The translations under genes were made by a program, and so were the position numbers. A stretch of 64,000 nt of DNA from Nitrospirota bacterium (lineage in GTDB: Bacteria > Nitrospirota > Thermodesulfovibrionia > Thermodesulfovibrionales > JdFR-86), in contig CAVRJY010000001.1 in NCBI GenBank assembly GCA_963721805.1, positions 736,001 through 800,000 of the forward strand, read 5' to 3'. Numbering within the stretch: the first letter of the stretch is position 1; the number at the start of each line of letters is the position of its first letter. Positions 43,461 through 53,610 of the stretch are shown piece after piece. The notes beneath the pieces are model-generated. The model had not been told where the DNA came from and made no database searches. It saw only the letters and a list, made by a program, of their open reading frames with translations.

Positions 43461-43882
43461 GCGCGCTCCGGCTGGAGGACGACGGCTACTGCTTCGCGTG
43501 CGGCAGGCGCAACCCTATAGGCCTCAGGCTTGAGTTTCAGTGGGACGGCGTCTCGCTGAGCAGTTCGTTCACCCCCAAGAAAGAGCACCAGGGCTATACC
43601 GATGTCATGCACGGGGGGATCATCGCGACCCTGCTGGACGAGTGCATGGCGCAGGCCGCGATAAAGGGGTTTTCGGTGATGGCCGCGACCGCCGAGTTCT
43701 CGATGCGGCTGCGTGCCCCGCTGGCCCCCGGCGAGGAGGTCCTGGTCAGCGCCCGGGCCGAGCGGCCCTCGCCGAGGCTCATCACCGCGGCTGCCGAGGT
43801 CCATCGCAAGGCCGATGGCGTCCTGATAGCCTCGGCCACCGCCAAACTCATCCCTGTGAAGGTTGCTCCTCAGCCCTTGTAG
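43448..43882 (+). CDS. PaaI family thioesterase
   Basis: CFACG..NPIGL, HGGIIATLLDE. Confidence 0.88.
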   Translation: MPALSALRLEDDGYCFACGRRNPIGLRLEFQWDGVSLSSSFTPKKEHQGYTDVMHGGIIATLLDECMAQAAIKGFSVMAATAEFSMRLRAPLAPGEEVLVSARAERPSPRLITAAAEVHRKADGVLIASATAKLIPVKVAPQPL

Positions 43883-45120
43883 ACCGTCCGGTTCCTGCCC
43901 GCGGCCTTCGCCTCGTAGAGCGCGGAGTCCGCGCGGTACAGCATCCTGTCTACCGATTCCCCTTCTGCCCTTATGCACGATACGCCGGAGCTGATAGTTA
44001 CCCTGATGGCCATCGGCCCGAACGGCTCGGCCTCGATTGCGGCGCGCACGCGCTCCGAGATCCGCATGGCGTCCTCGGCCGACGACTCAGGCAACAGCAC
44101 GAGGAACTCCTCGCCGCCGTAGCGCCCGATCAGGTCGTAGGGCCGCAGCATCATGCTTGAGCGCCTGACGGTCTCTCTGAGCACCTCGTCTCCGGCCTGG
44201 TGGCCGAGGGCGTCATTGATGAGCTTGAAGTGGTCGAGGTCGAACATGATGACGCAGAAGCCGTGGCCGGTCCTCTCGGCGCGCAGGAGCTCCTCTGTGA
44301 AGCGTTCCAGTATGTGCCCCCGGTTGAAGCAGCCGGTGAGCGCGTCGGTCGTGGCCAGGACCTCGATCGTACGCCGCGACTCGGAGACCTTCCTGATCAG
44401 CCGCCGGGTGAAAAACCAGACGAGGCCCAGCAGCAGCGCGGTCGCGAGCGCGGCGAACGCGAGGATCTGCAGGGCGTTCTCGAAGAGCTTTTTCCTGATC
44501 GTCCCTATCGGGATGTTGACGCTTATGCCGCCGCGTATGTCGCCCACCTTGTATCCCTGCGCCGCATGGCACTGCAGGCATAGCTTCTCGGTCCTGAGCG
44601 GGGCCATGTACCGCATGAACGGCACGCCGTCGATCTCCTCCTCCCAGTACGCCTCTTTCTTCCCGCTCTCAAACGAAACCAGCGCCCTGCGTTCGCTCTC
44701 ATCCGGCGCGTTTGCCGGGTTCAGGGGTTTTAGGCTCGTGATGTGATAGCTGAACTCGCGGCCCTTCCGCGTGAGTTCGGATATCTCCCGAGTCATCATC
44801 GCCGGGGTCCGGATCGTGAAGGTCCTGCCGTCGGCCGTGGTGATATCGGGGTTATTGATGTAAGGGGTGGACTGGACGCCGTCCTTCTTCTCGACGTATA
44901 CGCCCCCGTAACTCGCGTTCCACTGGCGGGCCAGCACGATAGTGGCGAACTGCGCGCGCGCGTCCTCCAGTATCTCGTCGTCGATCAGGCCGCGGGTGCG
45001 GACGTTCATGCCGAGGAATATCCCAGCGAGGCAGAGTGCGACCGTCAGCGTGATCGAGATGCGGAAGGTCTTGTATATGCCTTTTTCTTCGTTATCCCGC
45101 ACCCGGTCCCCCATGGACAT
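43870..45120 (-). CDS. Diguanylate cyclase with periplasmic heme-c (DUF3365/Tll0287-like) sensor
   Basis: R.WNA..GGVY, SLKPLNPANAPD, CLQCH between two TMs; RYGGEEF. Confidence 0.9.
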   Translation of the reverse strand: MSMGDRVRDNEEKGIYKTFRISITLTVALCLAGIFLGMNVRTRGLIDDEILEDARAQFATIVLARQWNASYGGVYVEKKDGVQSTPYINNPDITTADGRTFTIRTPAMMTREISELTRKGREFSYHITSLKPLNPANAPDESERRALVSFESGKKEAYWEEEIDGVPFMRYMAPLRTEKLCLQCHAAQGYKVGDIRGGISVNIPIGTIRKKLFENALQILAFAALATALLLGLVWFFTRRLIRKVSESRRTIEVLATTDALTGCFNRGHILERFTEELLRAERTGHGFCVIMFDLDHFKLINDALGHQAGDEVLRETVRRSSMMLRPYDLIGRYGGEEFLVLLPESSAEDAMRISERVRAAIEAEPFGPMAIRVTISSGVSCIRAEGESVDRMLYRADSALYEAKAAGRNRTVYKG

Positions 45121-45203
45121 ATTATACCGCTCCGTCGGCGTATCCGCCCGTCTGGCGCTTCAACTCCGGTCATAAGTTATAATTAAGCAGACAGGAGGCG
45201 TGG

Positions 45204-45779
45204 ATGCGCATTCGAAGGTTTATGGTCTTGGCTGTGTTTTTCGCGCTCGCCGCGGCCTCGTTCGCCGTTCCGGCCTTGGCGCTTACTCCCATTGGCGTCC
45301 GCACCCGCATCGATGCGATCCAGCAGAAGATTGACGCCGGGATCAGTGCGGGCGCGATCACGCCCGAATCCGCCCGAACGCTTAACTTCAGGCTGGGTGA
45401 GGTACGCAAGATGCTTGTCCCCTCCATGCCCCCCTCCGCCTTGGGCGAACTCTCCGCCCGCCTCGACGCGCTTGAGCCGATGGTCCCGAGGCCGATGAAA
45501 CCGCAGACGCCCGAGGCGGCAATCGAGGGCCAGCTCGCACAGATTCAGGCCGCGATCATCGAGGGCGAGTCCAGGCGAGTGATCGTACCTTTCGCCGCGC
45601 AGGCCCTGCGCTCTGAGCTCGCCTCGATCAGGGCCGAGTTCGATGCCGCCCGGGGGAGAGGCCCGCTCATTGAAGGCGAGGCAAAGCGCCTCGAGATCAG
45701 GATAGGGCGGCTTGCCGCGCAGGTCAGGAAATACGGCGCTCCCCACAATCAGTATGAGACCATCAAGCACTTCAAGTAG
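45204..45779 (+). CDS. Hypothetical secreted helical protein with two internal repeats
   Basis: Signal peptide, CAGGAGG RBS; RIDAIQQKIDAG..ITPESARTL and QLAQIQAAIIEG..IVPFAAQAL. Confidence 0.6.
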   Translation: MRIRRFMVLAVFFALAAASFAVPALALTPIGVRTRIDAIQQKIDAGISAGAITPESARTLNFRLGEVRKMLVPSMPPSALGELSARLDALEPMVPRPMKPQTPEAAIEGQLAQIQAAIIEGESRRVIVPFAAQALRSELASIRAEFDAARGRGPLIEGEAKRLEIRIGRLAAQVRKYGAPHNQYETIKHFK

Positions 45780-45791
45780 AAAGGCTGCTTA

Positions 45792-46445
45792 ATGCAGATC
45801 ATGATCCGCGATAAGAAGCTCCTCGACCGCGCCTACGCCCTTGCGGTCGCTACAGTAGCCTATAACGTCCTGGAGGGGCTGCTCTCGGTCGCCCTGGGGA
45901 TGCAGGACGGGACTTATGCGCTGATGGGCTTCGGACTCGATTCCTTTGTCGAGGTCGTCTCCGGCATAGGCATCTGGCACATGGTCCGGAGGATGCGGGC
46001 CGCTGCCGCGGACGAATCGCCTGACCGCTTCGAGCGCACGGCGCTGCGCGTGACCGGGCTCTCTTTCTATGCGCTCTCGGCGGGGCTTGCTCTCAGCGGG
46101 TTCTACGGGCTGATGGAGGACCATGCGCCGGACACTACGCTATGGGGCGTCGTCATATCGCTGCTCTCGATAGCGTCCATGTGGCTGCTGATCAGGATGA
46201 AGCTCAAGGTCGGGCGCGCGCTTCGAAGCGACGCGGTCTTGGCCGACGCGCATTGCAGCCGCGCATGCATGTATTTTTCGGTCGTGCTCCTGGCCTCGAG
46301 TGCGGGGTATGAACTCACGGGCATAGGCGGGCTCGATGCCCTGGGCGCGCTCCTGATAGCCGCGCTTTCGTTCAGGGAGGGGCGTGAGGCGATGGGGAAG
46401 TCCCGCGGCGGAAAGTGTAACTGCGGCGGAGAGTGCGGCGGCTAG
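45792..46445 (+). CDS. Cation efflux (CDF)-like membrane protein
   Basis: YNVLEG, GFGLDSFVE, ADAHCSRAC; Cys-rich tail. Confidence 0.8.
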   Translation: MQIMIRDKKLLDRAYALAVATVAYNVLEGLLSVALGMQDGTYALMGFGLDSFVEVVSGIGIWHMVRRMRAAAADESPDRFERTALRVTGLSFYALSAGLALSGFYGLMEDHAPDTTLWGVVISLLSIASMWLLIRMKLKVGRALRSDAVLADAHCSRACMYFSVVLLASSAGYELTGIGGLDALGALLIAALSFREGREAMGKSRGGKCNCGGECGG

Positions 46446-49400
46446 AATTCTACGTCCGCCTCCATCTCCTTGGGGCCGAGCAGGAAGCGCTCCCTCAGGA
46501 ACTTCACGCGGGCCTTGTCCCCCGGCCGCTTCTCAAGGAGTATGATCTTCAGGTCATCGAGGCCCTTGAGCTCCTTGCCGTCGACAGAGACTATCACGTC
46601 GCCTTCTTGCATGCCCGCGCGCTCGGCCGGGCTGTTCTGGCCGAAGTTCTTGATCTTAAACCCTGAGGCGCCGGGCTCCTTTGACTCATCCAGGAAGACT
46701 TGCAGCTTGGCGCTGAACGGGGGCTCGATCTGCGGCGAGAAGATCACGTAGTCCGCGATGCCTGGCTTGAGGCTGCGCTCGGCCGAGTCGATGAGTGTGG
46801 CGTAGTCCTTGCCCGTGCGGCGCTTGGCGCGTCCGGGGACGCCCGAGCCGAACTCGACGTGACCCTGCCCGCAGAGCACGACCATCTGGCTTTTGGGGTG
46901 CTTTCCGATATACTCCGCGACGGATTGCGCCATGACCTCGTCCCACAGGATCTGTGACTGGTAGAAGTTGTCGAAGTTCCGCGGGGCGTTGCCCTGGCTT
47001 CGGTGCATCTCGTATATGTCGTGGATCCGCTCGCGGTATCCCGGCACGGCCATGTCCATATCAGCAGGAAGCGACTTGCGGTCCTCGGCGCTCAGGGCGT
47101 CAAGGCCGCCTTTCGATACCGCATCGATGATCTCTTTTTTGACGTTCAGGGCCACGACCGGGATGCCGTTGGCCTGGGCGTACAGGAGCACCTCGCGGTA
47201 ATTGTTATAGTCATAGCCCCAGCGCTTGAAGTACTCCGTCTGGCGCAGCATCCCGGTCTCGTCCGTCTTGCCCGAGATGTACTCGTCGAGGCCGGACTGA
47301 TACGGCGTCTGGAACATCTCCATCCCTATCGCGAACTCGCGGCCCTGCTCGTGGAGGCGGCGCACGAGCGCGAGCTGCACGAGGTGGTCCTCGTAATTGG
47401 TGTGCCCCTCGCCAACGTAGATCACCGGCTTGCCGGCCACCGCGTCGATGACCTCGCTAAGCGGCAGCGCGCCGCCGGGCCGGACGCCCACGGCGTCCAA
47501 GGTAAGCTCGCCGCGCATCCCGCGCGGGGGATCGTACGCCGTCTTGAGCGTGTTAACGCCAGCCTTGAACTCGAGGGTGCCGTAACGGCCATAATGCAGG
47601 ATCTTTCCGGCTGCCGCGTTGATGGACTCGGCCGTCAGCGAGCCGGACATGAGCGCGACGACATGGGCCGACGGGTCCATCGGGTGATCGCGCACCTCCA
47701 GCCTCAGGGCATCAGGGTCTGCCGGCGGCGTTGCGGCGCGGGCGAAGAGCCTGAGCGCCGTTGGCCCTACGGGGTCGGTCAGCAGCAGCGAGGAGTGCTC
47801 TATCTCCTCATCTTTGATCTCGCCCTCATCCTTCACCGTAAAGCCCGCCTGTACGAATGCGGTCTTAAGCGGGAGGTATTTCAGGTCCGCACCGGCCACC
47901 AGTATCTTGTGCTCGTCCCCGGCAAGCCGCGTGATGACGGGCGCATACTCCGCGTCCGACAGCATCCGCATCACGTCATAGTCCGGGTCGAAGGCGACCG
48001 AGACCGGGGTGCCGGCATCGACAGGGACCTCGAAATACTCGCGCTCCTTGCTGAGCTCGACCGAGCGCGTGAGGCTTTCTTTGCCGCCCTGAAGCTTTAT
48101 CTCAAGAGGGAGTTTAAAACGGTACGCGTCGCCGTGCTGCTCTGCATAAAACGCGACGTTAGGGACCGCGCCCTTTCGGTATATGACGCGCAGGTCCCCG
48201 ATCCCGATGTCCGGGGCGGCCTTGCGCGTAAGCCATTCCGAGAAGAACCACCCGAGGTCATGCCCCGTGGCGCGCTCGAATTCCGTCCGGATGTCCGCCC
48301 ACGATGCGGTGCTGAACCGTCTGTCGCGCACGAAGGCGCGCAGGGCGCCGTAAAACGCCTTGTCCCCGACCTCGCCCTTGAGCATGTGGAACACCATCGC
48401 AGTCTTGTCGTAGCCGACCGCGCGGGTGGCGTTGTCCGTGCGCCCGGCGAACTCCGCGACAGTGATCTCTTTGTCCGGCTGCACGTAGGCCATATAGTCC
48501 GTGAGCATCGAGCGGCGGTATCTCCAGCCCTCGCCCCTGTCGGCCTCGAACTGGTGGTCGGCCAGATAAGTGGTGAGCCCCTCAGTCCAGTTGCCCCGGC
48601 CGCTTGAGTACACTGAGCAGCCGAACCACTGGTGCAGGATCTCGTGGCCGAGCGAGGTATGGCGGATAAACGGCAGGCGTATCACCTCTCCGCCCAGAAG
48701 CGTGTAAGTAGGCAGCGAATACCCGGACTGCAGGAAGTTTTCGACAATCGCGAAGCGCTTGTATGGATAGTCGCCGAGCAGGGCCGAGTAGCGCTCGATA
48801 AACTCCCCGGCGCTCTGGATGTAATCGTCCGCGAGCGAGGCGTCATCGGCCGAGAAGTACGTCAGCACCTCGGTGGCTCCGATCCGCCTGGACTTGACCT
48901 CGTAGATGCCTGCGACGAGGCTCATCCCCTCGCGCGGGTACGGGAAATCGAACGAGTAGGAGGTATTGCCGTCCGCGGCGGTCGTGGAGCTGACCGAGTC
49001 GGCCTCCGAGACCGCGGTGAGGCCGCCCGGCACCTCGGCCGAAAGCGAGTAGTATGCGGTATCCGCGCCCACGATCTCCGGGTACCAGCCCGAGGTCAGC
49101 GACGCCCCGAGCGCGGTGATCGCCCCGCCGGGCACCACCCCTACGTTCACCGGGGACGAGCCGTCAGGGCCGCCCTTTGAAAACGATGCCTCGTAAGTTA
49201 TGTCCACCACGCCCTTCGCCCTGACCGTATCTGAGCCCGAGAGCGTCTGCTCCTTGCCGTTGACCAATACTTTGACAGGCTTGATCCAGGGCGTCCGGAC
49301 GAGTACGTCCATCTCCGAGGGCAGCTCGATGCGCGCGCGGCCGTTCAGATTGGCGCCCTTGGTGTTTATGCGTACCTTGAGGTCGTAGCGCGGCAGGCCG

Positions 49401-49492
49401 CTGCCGGCCTCGGCTGCTGCACACGTGAAGGCTATCGAGATGGCCATTATGTAAGCTATTATACGCGGCATTCCAGTTTTTGATTCTATCAC
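46442..49492 (-). CDS. M1 aminopeptidase - ChaN-like - PDZ fusion protein
   Basis: HEILHQW..W.EG zinc motif, GYDK; VGEGH..H..Q, GMEMF, WDEVMA, GQGH ChaN motifs; SPAERAGM..GDVI PDZ. Confidence 0.88.
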   Translation of the reverse strand: MIESKTGMPRIIAYIMAISIAFTCAAAEAGSGLPRYDLKVRINTKGANLNGRARIELPSEMDVLVRTPWIKPVKVLVNGKEQTLSGSDTVRAKGVVDITYEASFSKGGPDGSSPVNVGVVPGGAITALGASLTSGWYPEIVGADTAYYSLSAEVPGGLTAVSEADSVSSTTAADGNTSYSFDFPYPREGMSLVAGIYEVKSRRIGATEVLTYFSADDASLADDYIQSAGEFIERYSALLGDYPYKRFAIVENFLQSGYSLPTYTLLGGEVIRLPFIRHTSLGHEILHQWFGCSVYSSGRGNWTEGLTTYLADHQFEADRGEGWRYRRSMLTDYMAYVQPDKEITVAEFAGRTDNATRAVGYDKTAMVFHMLKGEVGDKAFYGALRAFVRDRRFSTASWADIRTEFERATGHDLGWFFSEWLTRKAAPDIGIGDLRVIYRKGAVPNVAFYAEQHGDAYRFKLPLEIKLQGGKESLTRSVELSKEREYFEVPVDAGTPVSVAFDPDYDVMRMLSDAEYAPVITRLAGDEHKILVAGADLKYLPLKTAFVQAGFTVKDEGEIKDEEIEHSSLLLTDPVGPTALRLFARAATPPADPDALRLEVRDHPMDPSAHVVALMSGSLTAESINAAAGKILHYGRYGTLEFKAGVNTLKTAYDPPRGMRGELTLDAVGVRPGGALPLSEVIDAVAGKPVIYVGEGHTNYEDHLVQLALVRRLHEQGREFAIGMEMFQTPYQSGLDEYISGKTDETGMLRQTEYFKRWGYDYNNYREVLLYAQANGIPVVALNVKKEIIDAVSKGGLDALSAEDRKSLPADMDMAVPGYRERIHDIYEMHRSQGNAPRNFDNFYQSQILWDEVMAQSVAEYIGKHPKSQMVVLCGQGHVEFGSGVPGRAKRRTGKDYATLIDSAERSLKPGIADYVIFSPQIEPPFSAKLQVFLDESKEPGASGFKIKNFGQNSPAERAGMQEGDVIVSVDGKELKGLDDLKIILLEKRPGDKARVKFLRERFLLGPKEMEADVEF

Positions 49493-49674
49493 AACGGGGT
49501 TAGACGGGCCAACTGGGGTTGGGGCGGCCGTCCCTCCTCCCCGGGCGGAGCTTCGCTTCGCCCAGCCCCCATCCCTACCTATACCGCCGCGCGAAGGGGG
49601 TAGATGCCCCTTTTTTTAGGTGAGCGGGTCACCCCGCGAATATTTGCCGGGGGGCGCGGCCCCCGGCACCCAAA

Positions 49675-49704
49675 TTGACTGCGGAAAACCCGATGTGGTA
49701 TAGT
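49675..49704 (+). promoter_or_regulatory. Sigma70 promoter of tRNA-Gln/prs operon
   Basis: TTGACT-N18-TATAGT. Confidence 0.6.
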
Positions 49705-49724
49705 TTTTTTTCCTAAAAAACTCT

Positions 49725-49796
49725 TGGGGCGTCGACAAATGGCAAGTCAGGAGATTTTGGATCTCCCTACTGGAGGTTCGAGTCCTCCCGCCCCAG
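49725..49796 (+). tRNA. tRNA-Gln (TTG)
   Basis: Acceptor tggggcg/cgcccca, anticodon arm ggaga-ttTTGga-tctcc, T arm ggagg-ttcgagt-cctcc; usual position before prs. Confidence 0.95.
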
Positions 49797-49818
49797 TCCA
49801 GGGGAAGGAGCGCGCGCC

Positions 49819-50760
49819 GTGCCGGATTGTATTGTATTGATCTCTGGGAACGCCCACCTCGGGCTGGTTGGCGAAGTTGCCAAGGCGATGGGGCAACATG
49901 TCTGCAACACCCATATCGCACGGTTCAGCGATGGCGAGATATCGGTGCAGATCAATGAGAACGTCCGTGGTACGGACGTATTCGTGGTGCAGCCGACCTG
50001 CACGCCCGTCAACGAAAACCTCATGGAGCTGCTACTTTTGATAGACGCCCTCAAGCGGGCCTCGGCGCGCAGGATAACAGCCGTGATCCCGTATTACGGG
50101 TACGGGCGGCAGGACCGCAAGGTGCAGCCCCGCGTGCCGATCTCCTCAAAGCTCGTGGCCGACCTCCTTACGGTCGCCGGGGCCCACAGGGTCGTATCCG
50201 TGGACCTTCACGCCGGGCAGATCCAGGGGTTCTTCAATATCCCGGTGGACCACCTGTACGGCACTCCGGTGCTGATTGAGTATTTCAAGCAGTGCGAGTT
50301 CAAGGACTTGGTCGTCGTCTCCCCCGACGCGGGCGGCGTCGAGCGCGCCCGGGCGTTCGCAAAGAGGCTGGACGCCTCGCTCGCCATCGTGGACAAGCGC
50401 CGCGAGAAGGCCAACGTCTCGCAGGCCATGCACGTCATAGGCGACGTTAAGGACAGAGACACGATACTGCTGGACGACATGATAGACACCGCAGGGACTA
50501 TAGTGCAAGCCGCCGCCGCGCTTAAGGAAAAGGGCGCGCGCCGCGTCTTCGCCGCATGCAGCCACGCGGTGCTCTCCGGCCCTGCAGTGGACCGCATAAA
50601 CAACTCAGCGATCGAGGAGCTGATCGTCACCAACACGATCCCGCTCGATGACAAACAGTCGCTATGCCCCAAGCTCAAGGTGCTCTCGATAGCGCCGCTG
50701 CTGGCCGAGGCCATAACCAGGATACACGAGGAAACCTCGATAAGTTCCCTCTTCGTATAG
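49819..50760 (+). CDS. prs: Ribose-phosphate pyrophosphokinase
   Basis: [42 protein letters not shown]. Confidence 0.98.
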   Translation: MPDCIVLISGNAHLGLVGEVAKAMGQHVCNTHIARFSDGEISVQINENVRGTDVFVVQPTCTPVNENLMELLLLIDALKRASARRITAVIPYYGYGRQDRKVQPRVPISSKLVADLLTVAGAHRVVSVDLHAGQIQGFFNIPVDHLYGTPVLIEYFKQCEFKDLVVVSPDAGGVERARAFAKRLDASLAIVDKRREKANVSQAMHVIGDVKDRDTILLDDMIDTAGTIVQAAAALKEKGARRVFAACSHAVLSGPAVDRINNSAIEELIVTNTIPLDDKQSLCPKLKVLSIAPLLAEAITRIHEETSISSLFV

Positions 50761-50801
50761 ATAATAAAACTTTCTCTTAGCGGAGAATTCGGAGGTAAAA
50801 G

Positions 50802-51461
50802 ATGGAAAGAATGAAACTCGCAGTCGAGAAAAGGGAAACCGCGGGCAAGGGCATCGCCCGAGCCCTCAGGAGGGGCGGCTTCGTGCCCGGCGTGATATAC
50901 AATAACGGCAGCGCCTCGTCGCTCAAGATCGGCACGAAGGACATGCTGCAGTTCATCGAGGCGACCGCGGGCGAGCAGGTCATAGTGGACCTGCGGTACC
51001 CGGACGAGAGCAGCACGATCGCGCTGATGAAGGAATACCAGCGCGACCCGATCATGAGCGAGCTGCTGCACGTGGACTTCATGGAGGTCTCGCTCACCGA
51101 GGAGATCACCGTCACGGTGCACGTCATAACCAAGGGCGAGCCGATAGGCGTCAAGCGCGACAAGGGCATCCTGCAGCACGGGCGCACCGAGATCGAGGTC
51201 TCGTGCCTCCCGGACAAGATACCGGGCCACATCGAGGTGGACGTCACCGACCTGGCCGCCGGACACACGATTCACGTCAGCGACATCGTCCTCCCCGAAG
51301 GGATCACGGTCATCACCGACGGCATGGAGCCGGTCGCGATGGTCACGATCCCCGTGACCGAGGCCGTGGCGGCCGCGCCTGTAGTGGCCGAGGCCGGTGC
51401 AGCACCCGCAGCGCCTGAGGTCGTCAAGAAGGGCAAGAAGGAAGAGACCAAGGAGGGATAG
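50802..51461 (+). CDS. rplY: 50S ribosomal protein L25/Ctc
   Basis: GKG.AR.LRR.G.VPGVIY, QRDP..LLHVDF. Confidence 0.95.
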   Translation: MERMKLAVEKRETAGKGIARALRRGGFVPGVIYNNGSASSLKIGTKDMLQFIEATAGEQVIVDLRYPDESSTIALMKEYQRDPIMSELLHVDFMEVSLTEEITVTVHVITKGEPIGVKRDKGILQHGRTEIEVSCLPDKIPGHIEVDVTDLAAGHTIHVSDIVLPEGITVITDGMEPVAMVTIPVTEAVAAAPVVAEAGAAPAAPEVVKKGKKEETKEG

Positions 51462-51464
51462 CCC

Positions 51465-52061
51465 TTGTGGGCCATCATCGGTCTCGGCAATCCGGGCGCG
51501 AGGTACGCGCACACGAGGCATAACGTCGGCTTCGCCGCGCTCGAGGAATTGTGCAGGGCGGCCGGGCTTCAGCTTAGCGAAAAGTCCGCTTACATGATAG
51601 CGAGGGGTTCCATCGAGGGCGAAAAGGCCGTCCTGGTGGAGCCCCTTACGTTTATGAACTTAAGCGGCCAGGCGGTCTCGGACGTAATGCGCCGCAATCC
51701 TTTGGAACCAGCCAACCTCATCGTGGTCCACGACGACATCGACCTGCCGACGGGCGCGCTCAGGGTGAGGTCCGGCGGCTCCTCCGGGGGGCACAAGGGC
51801 GTGGAGTCGATCATCCAGTCGTTGGGCACGCGCGAGTTCATCCGCGTGCGCATCGGGGTCGGGCGCGACGGGTCGCAGGATGTCAAGGATTTCGTCCTGA
51901 GCAAGTTCCGTCCGGAGGAGAAAGTGCTGGTTGGCGAGGCGGTGAGCCTCGCGTGCGATGCGGTCAGGACGATTATCTCACGCGGGCTGCAGGCCGCGAT
52001 GAACAGCCACAACCGTCGTCCGAAGCCCCCGAAGGCCCCGAAGCCGGAGGAGCAGGGCTAG
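51465..52061 (+). CDS. pth: Peptidyl-tRNA hydrolase
   Basis: GLGNPG..Y..TRHNVGF, TFMNLSG, HDDIDL, GGHKG. Confidence 0.97.
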   Translation: MWAIIGLGNPGARYAHTRHNVGFAALEELCRAAGLQLSEKSAYMIARGSIEGEKAVLVEPLTFMNLSGQAVSDVMRRNPLEPANLIVVHDDIDLPTGALRVRSGGSSGGHKGVESIIQSLGTREFIRVRIGVGRDGSQDVKDFVLSKFRPEEKVLVGEAVSLACDAVRTIISRGLQAAMNSHNRRPKPPKAPKPEEQG

Positions 52062-52978
52062 AGGTTCGCCGGGTGCGTGACGACCTTGTTCCGGCCGGCC
52101 CGCTTGGCCTCATACAGGGCGTCGTCGGCCTCCCTCAGGAGCATCTCCATGTTGACGGTGTCACGCCTGATCTGCGTCACCCCAAGGCTGATCGTGAGCC
52201 TGAGCGTATCGTCCCCGCAGAGGAATTCGGTCTCGGACGTGGTCTCCCTCATCCGCTCGGCCACGGCCAGCACGTCCGCAAGCTCGGTCTCCGGCAGCAC
52301 GCAGCAGAACTCCTCGCCGCCGTACCTGGCCAGCAGGTCGATTTTCCGGAGCTTTGAGGCCGCGATCCCCGCTATCTCGATCAGCATGTGGTCGCCGCAC
52401 TGGTGGCCGAAGTTGTCGTTTACGCGCTTGAAGTGGTCGACGTCGAGCATTATGAGCCCTACGGGGCGGCCGTGGCGGCGGAAGCGCTCGAACTCCTCCC
52501 TGAGCCTCGAGGTCAGGTGGCGGCGGTTGTAAACCCCGGTCAGGCCGTCCTGGATCGAGAGCCCGATCAGCCTCAGCTCATAGGCCACGACGTCGGTCAT
52601 GTCGTTTATGCAGACGCAGACGCCGATGATCTCCCCGCCGGTGTCCCGCATCGGGAATAGCGAACAGCTCTGCTGCATGTGCGTGAACTGTCCGCCCAGG
52701 CTGCTTGGAGTCTTAAGCGGTATCAGGTAACTGTGCAGCTTCTGTGATAGGAACGTGTGGTTTCCGAACGCCAGGATGGTCCGGCACGTCCGGATGAACT
52801 TCGGGTTTTCGAGCATCGGAAAGCGTTCGAATACCGCCCTTCCGACTATCTCCGAAGGCGCGATCTCGCTGTGCACGTCCATCCAGCGGTTCCAGTAGCG
52901 GACGATGAAGTCACGGTCTATGACGAATATGCCGGTGTCGATGGTCTCGCAGATCTGCTCAAGCAGCGTAGGGTTCAT
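52058..52978 (-). CDS. PAS-GGDEF diguanylate cyclase
   Basis: PAS (YWNRWM) plus DVDHFKRVNDNFGH, RYGGEEF; start taken at MNPTLL. Confidence 0.9.
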   Translation of the reverse strand: MNPTLLEQICETIDTGIFVIDRDFIVRYWNRWMDVHSEIAPSEIVGRAVFERFPMLENPKFIRTCRTILAFGNHTFLSQKLHSYLIPLKTPSSLGGQFTHMQQSCSLFPMRDTGGEIIGVCVCINDMTDVVAYELRLIGLSIQDGLTGVYNRRHLTSRLREEFERFRRHGRPVGLIMLDVDHFKRVNDNFGHQCGDHMLIEIAGIAASKLRKIDLLARYGGEEFCCVLPETELADVLAVAERMRETTSETEFLCGDDTLRLTISLGVTQIRRDTVNMEMLLREADDALYEAKRAGRNKVVTHPANL

Positions 52979-53610
52979 AGGTGTTTTGCTATGTAATCCG
53001 CGATGGATTTCTTGAGCCATGCGACCGACTCGTAGCTGCTGATCAGGAACATGTAGCCGTCTATGTTCTTGCCCTCGAAGTGAAATACCGTCTTAAGCAG
53101 TATGACGTACCGCTCGCCCTCGAACAGCTCGCGCGGCAGGTCCGAGGCGTAGGAGCTGCCGCTGATGATGCGCGGCGGAAGGTACGTGACCACGTCGCCC
53201 ACGAGCTCGGCTATCCGGCTTACGCAAACGCCGATGACGATGTTGCCGATCTCCATCAGGGCCTCCTGCTCGAGCAGGTCCAGGCCGTAGGTGCCGGTAT
53301 CGCGGGGCTCTGCCCCGAGGAGCCCCAGCAGCTGCTGGCCGCTCTTTGTGGGCAGCATCAGGTATGCCAGGCCCTTGGACTTGCCGACGAAGTACTGCTC
53401 GACGAGGTTGAACCCTGAATCCGGCCTGACCTCCTTTTTGATGAACTCCTCGAGTTCGTGCGGCTTAAGGAGGTCCAGGTGGGGGACGTTCATGAAGACA
53501 TAGAGGTTGATGATGTCGTTTAGCTCAGAGGCCGCCTTCCCGAGAGCTATGTTTATGATCTCCTTGAGCGCATCGCGTTCGAACTCGTCAAGGTAATAGT
53601 CTTCGGTCAT
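52975..53610 (-). CDS. CheC-like phosphatase
   Basis: DALKEIINIALGKAA and EALMEIGNIVIG (two ExxN motifs). Confidence 0.88.
   Translation of the reverse strand: MTEDYYLDEFERDALKEIINIALGKAASELNDIINLYVFMNVPHLDLLKPHELEEFIKKEVRPDSGFNLVEQYFVGKSKGLAYLMLPTKSGQQLLGLLGAEPRDTGTYGLDLLEQEALMEIGNIVIGVCVSRIAELVGDVVTYLPPRIISGSSYASDLPRELFEGERYVILLKTVFHFEGKNIDGYMFLISSYESVAWLKKSIADYIAKHL

Noticed and set aside
49725..49800. tRNA-Gln as an island integration site
   Set aside because: I saw no duplicated tRNA 3' end or integrase, and prs follows directly
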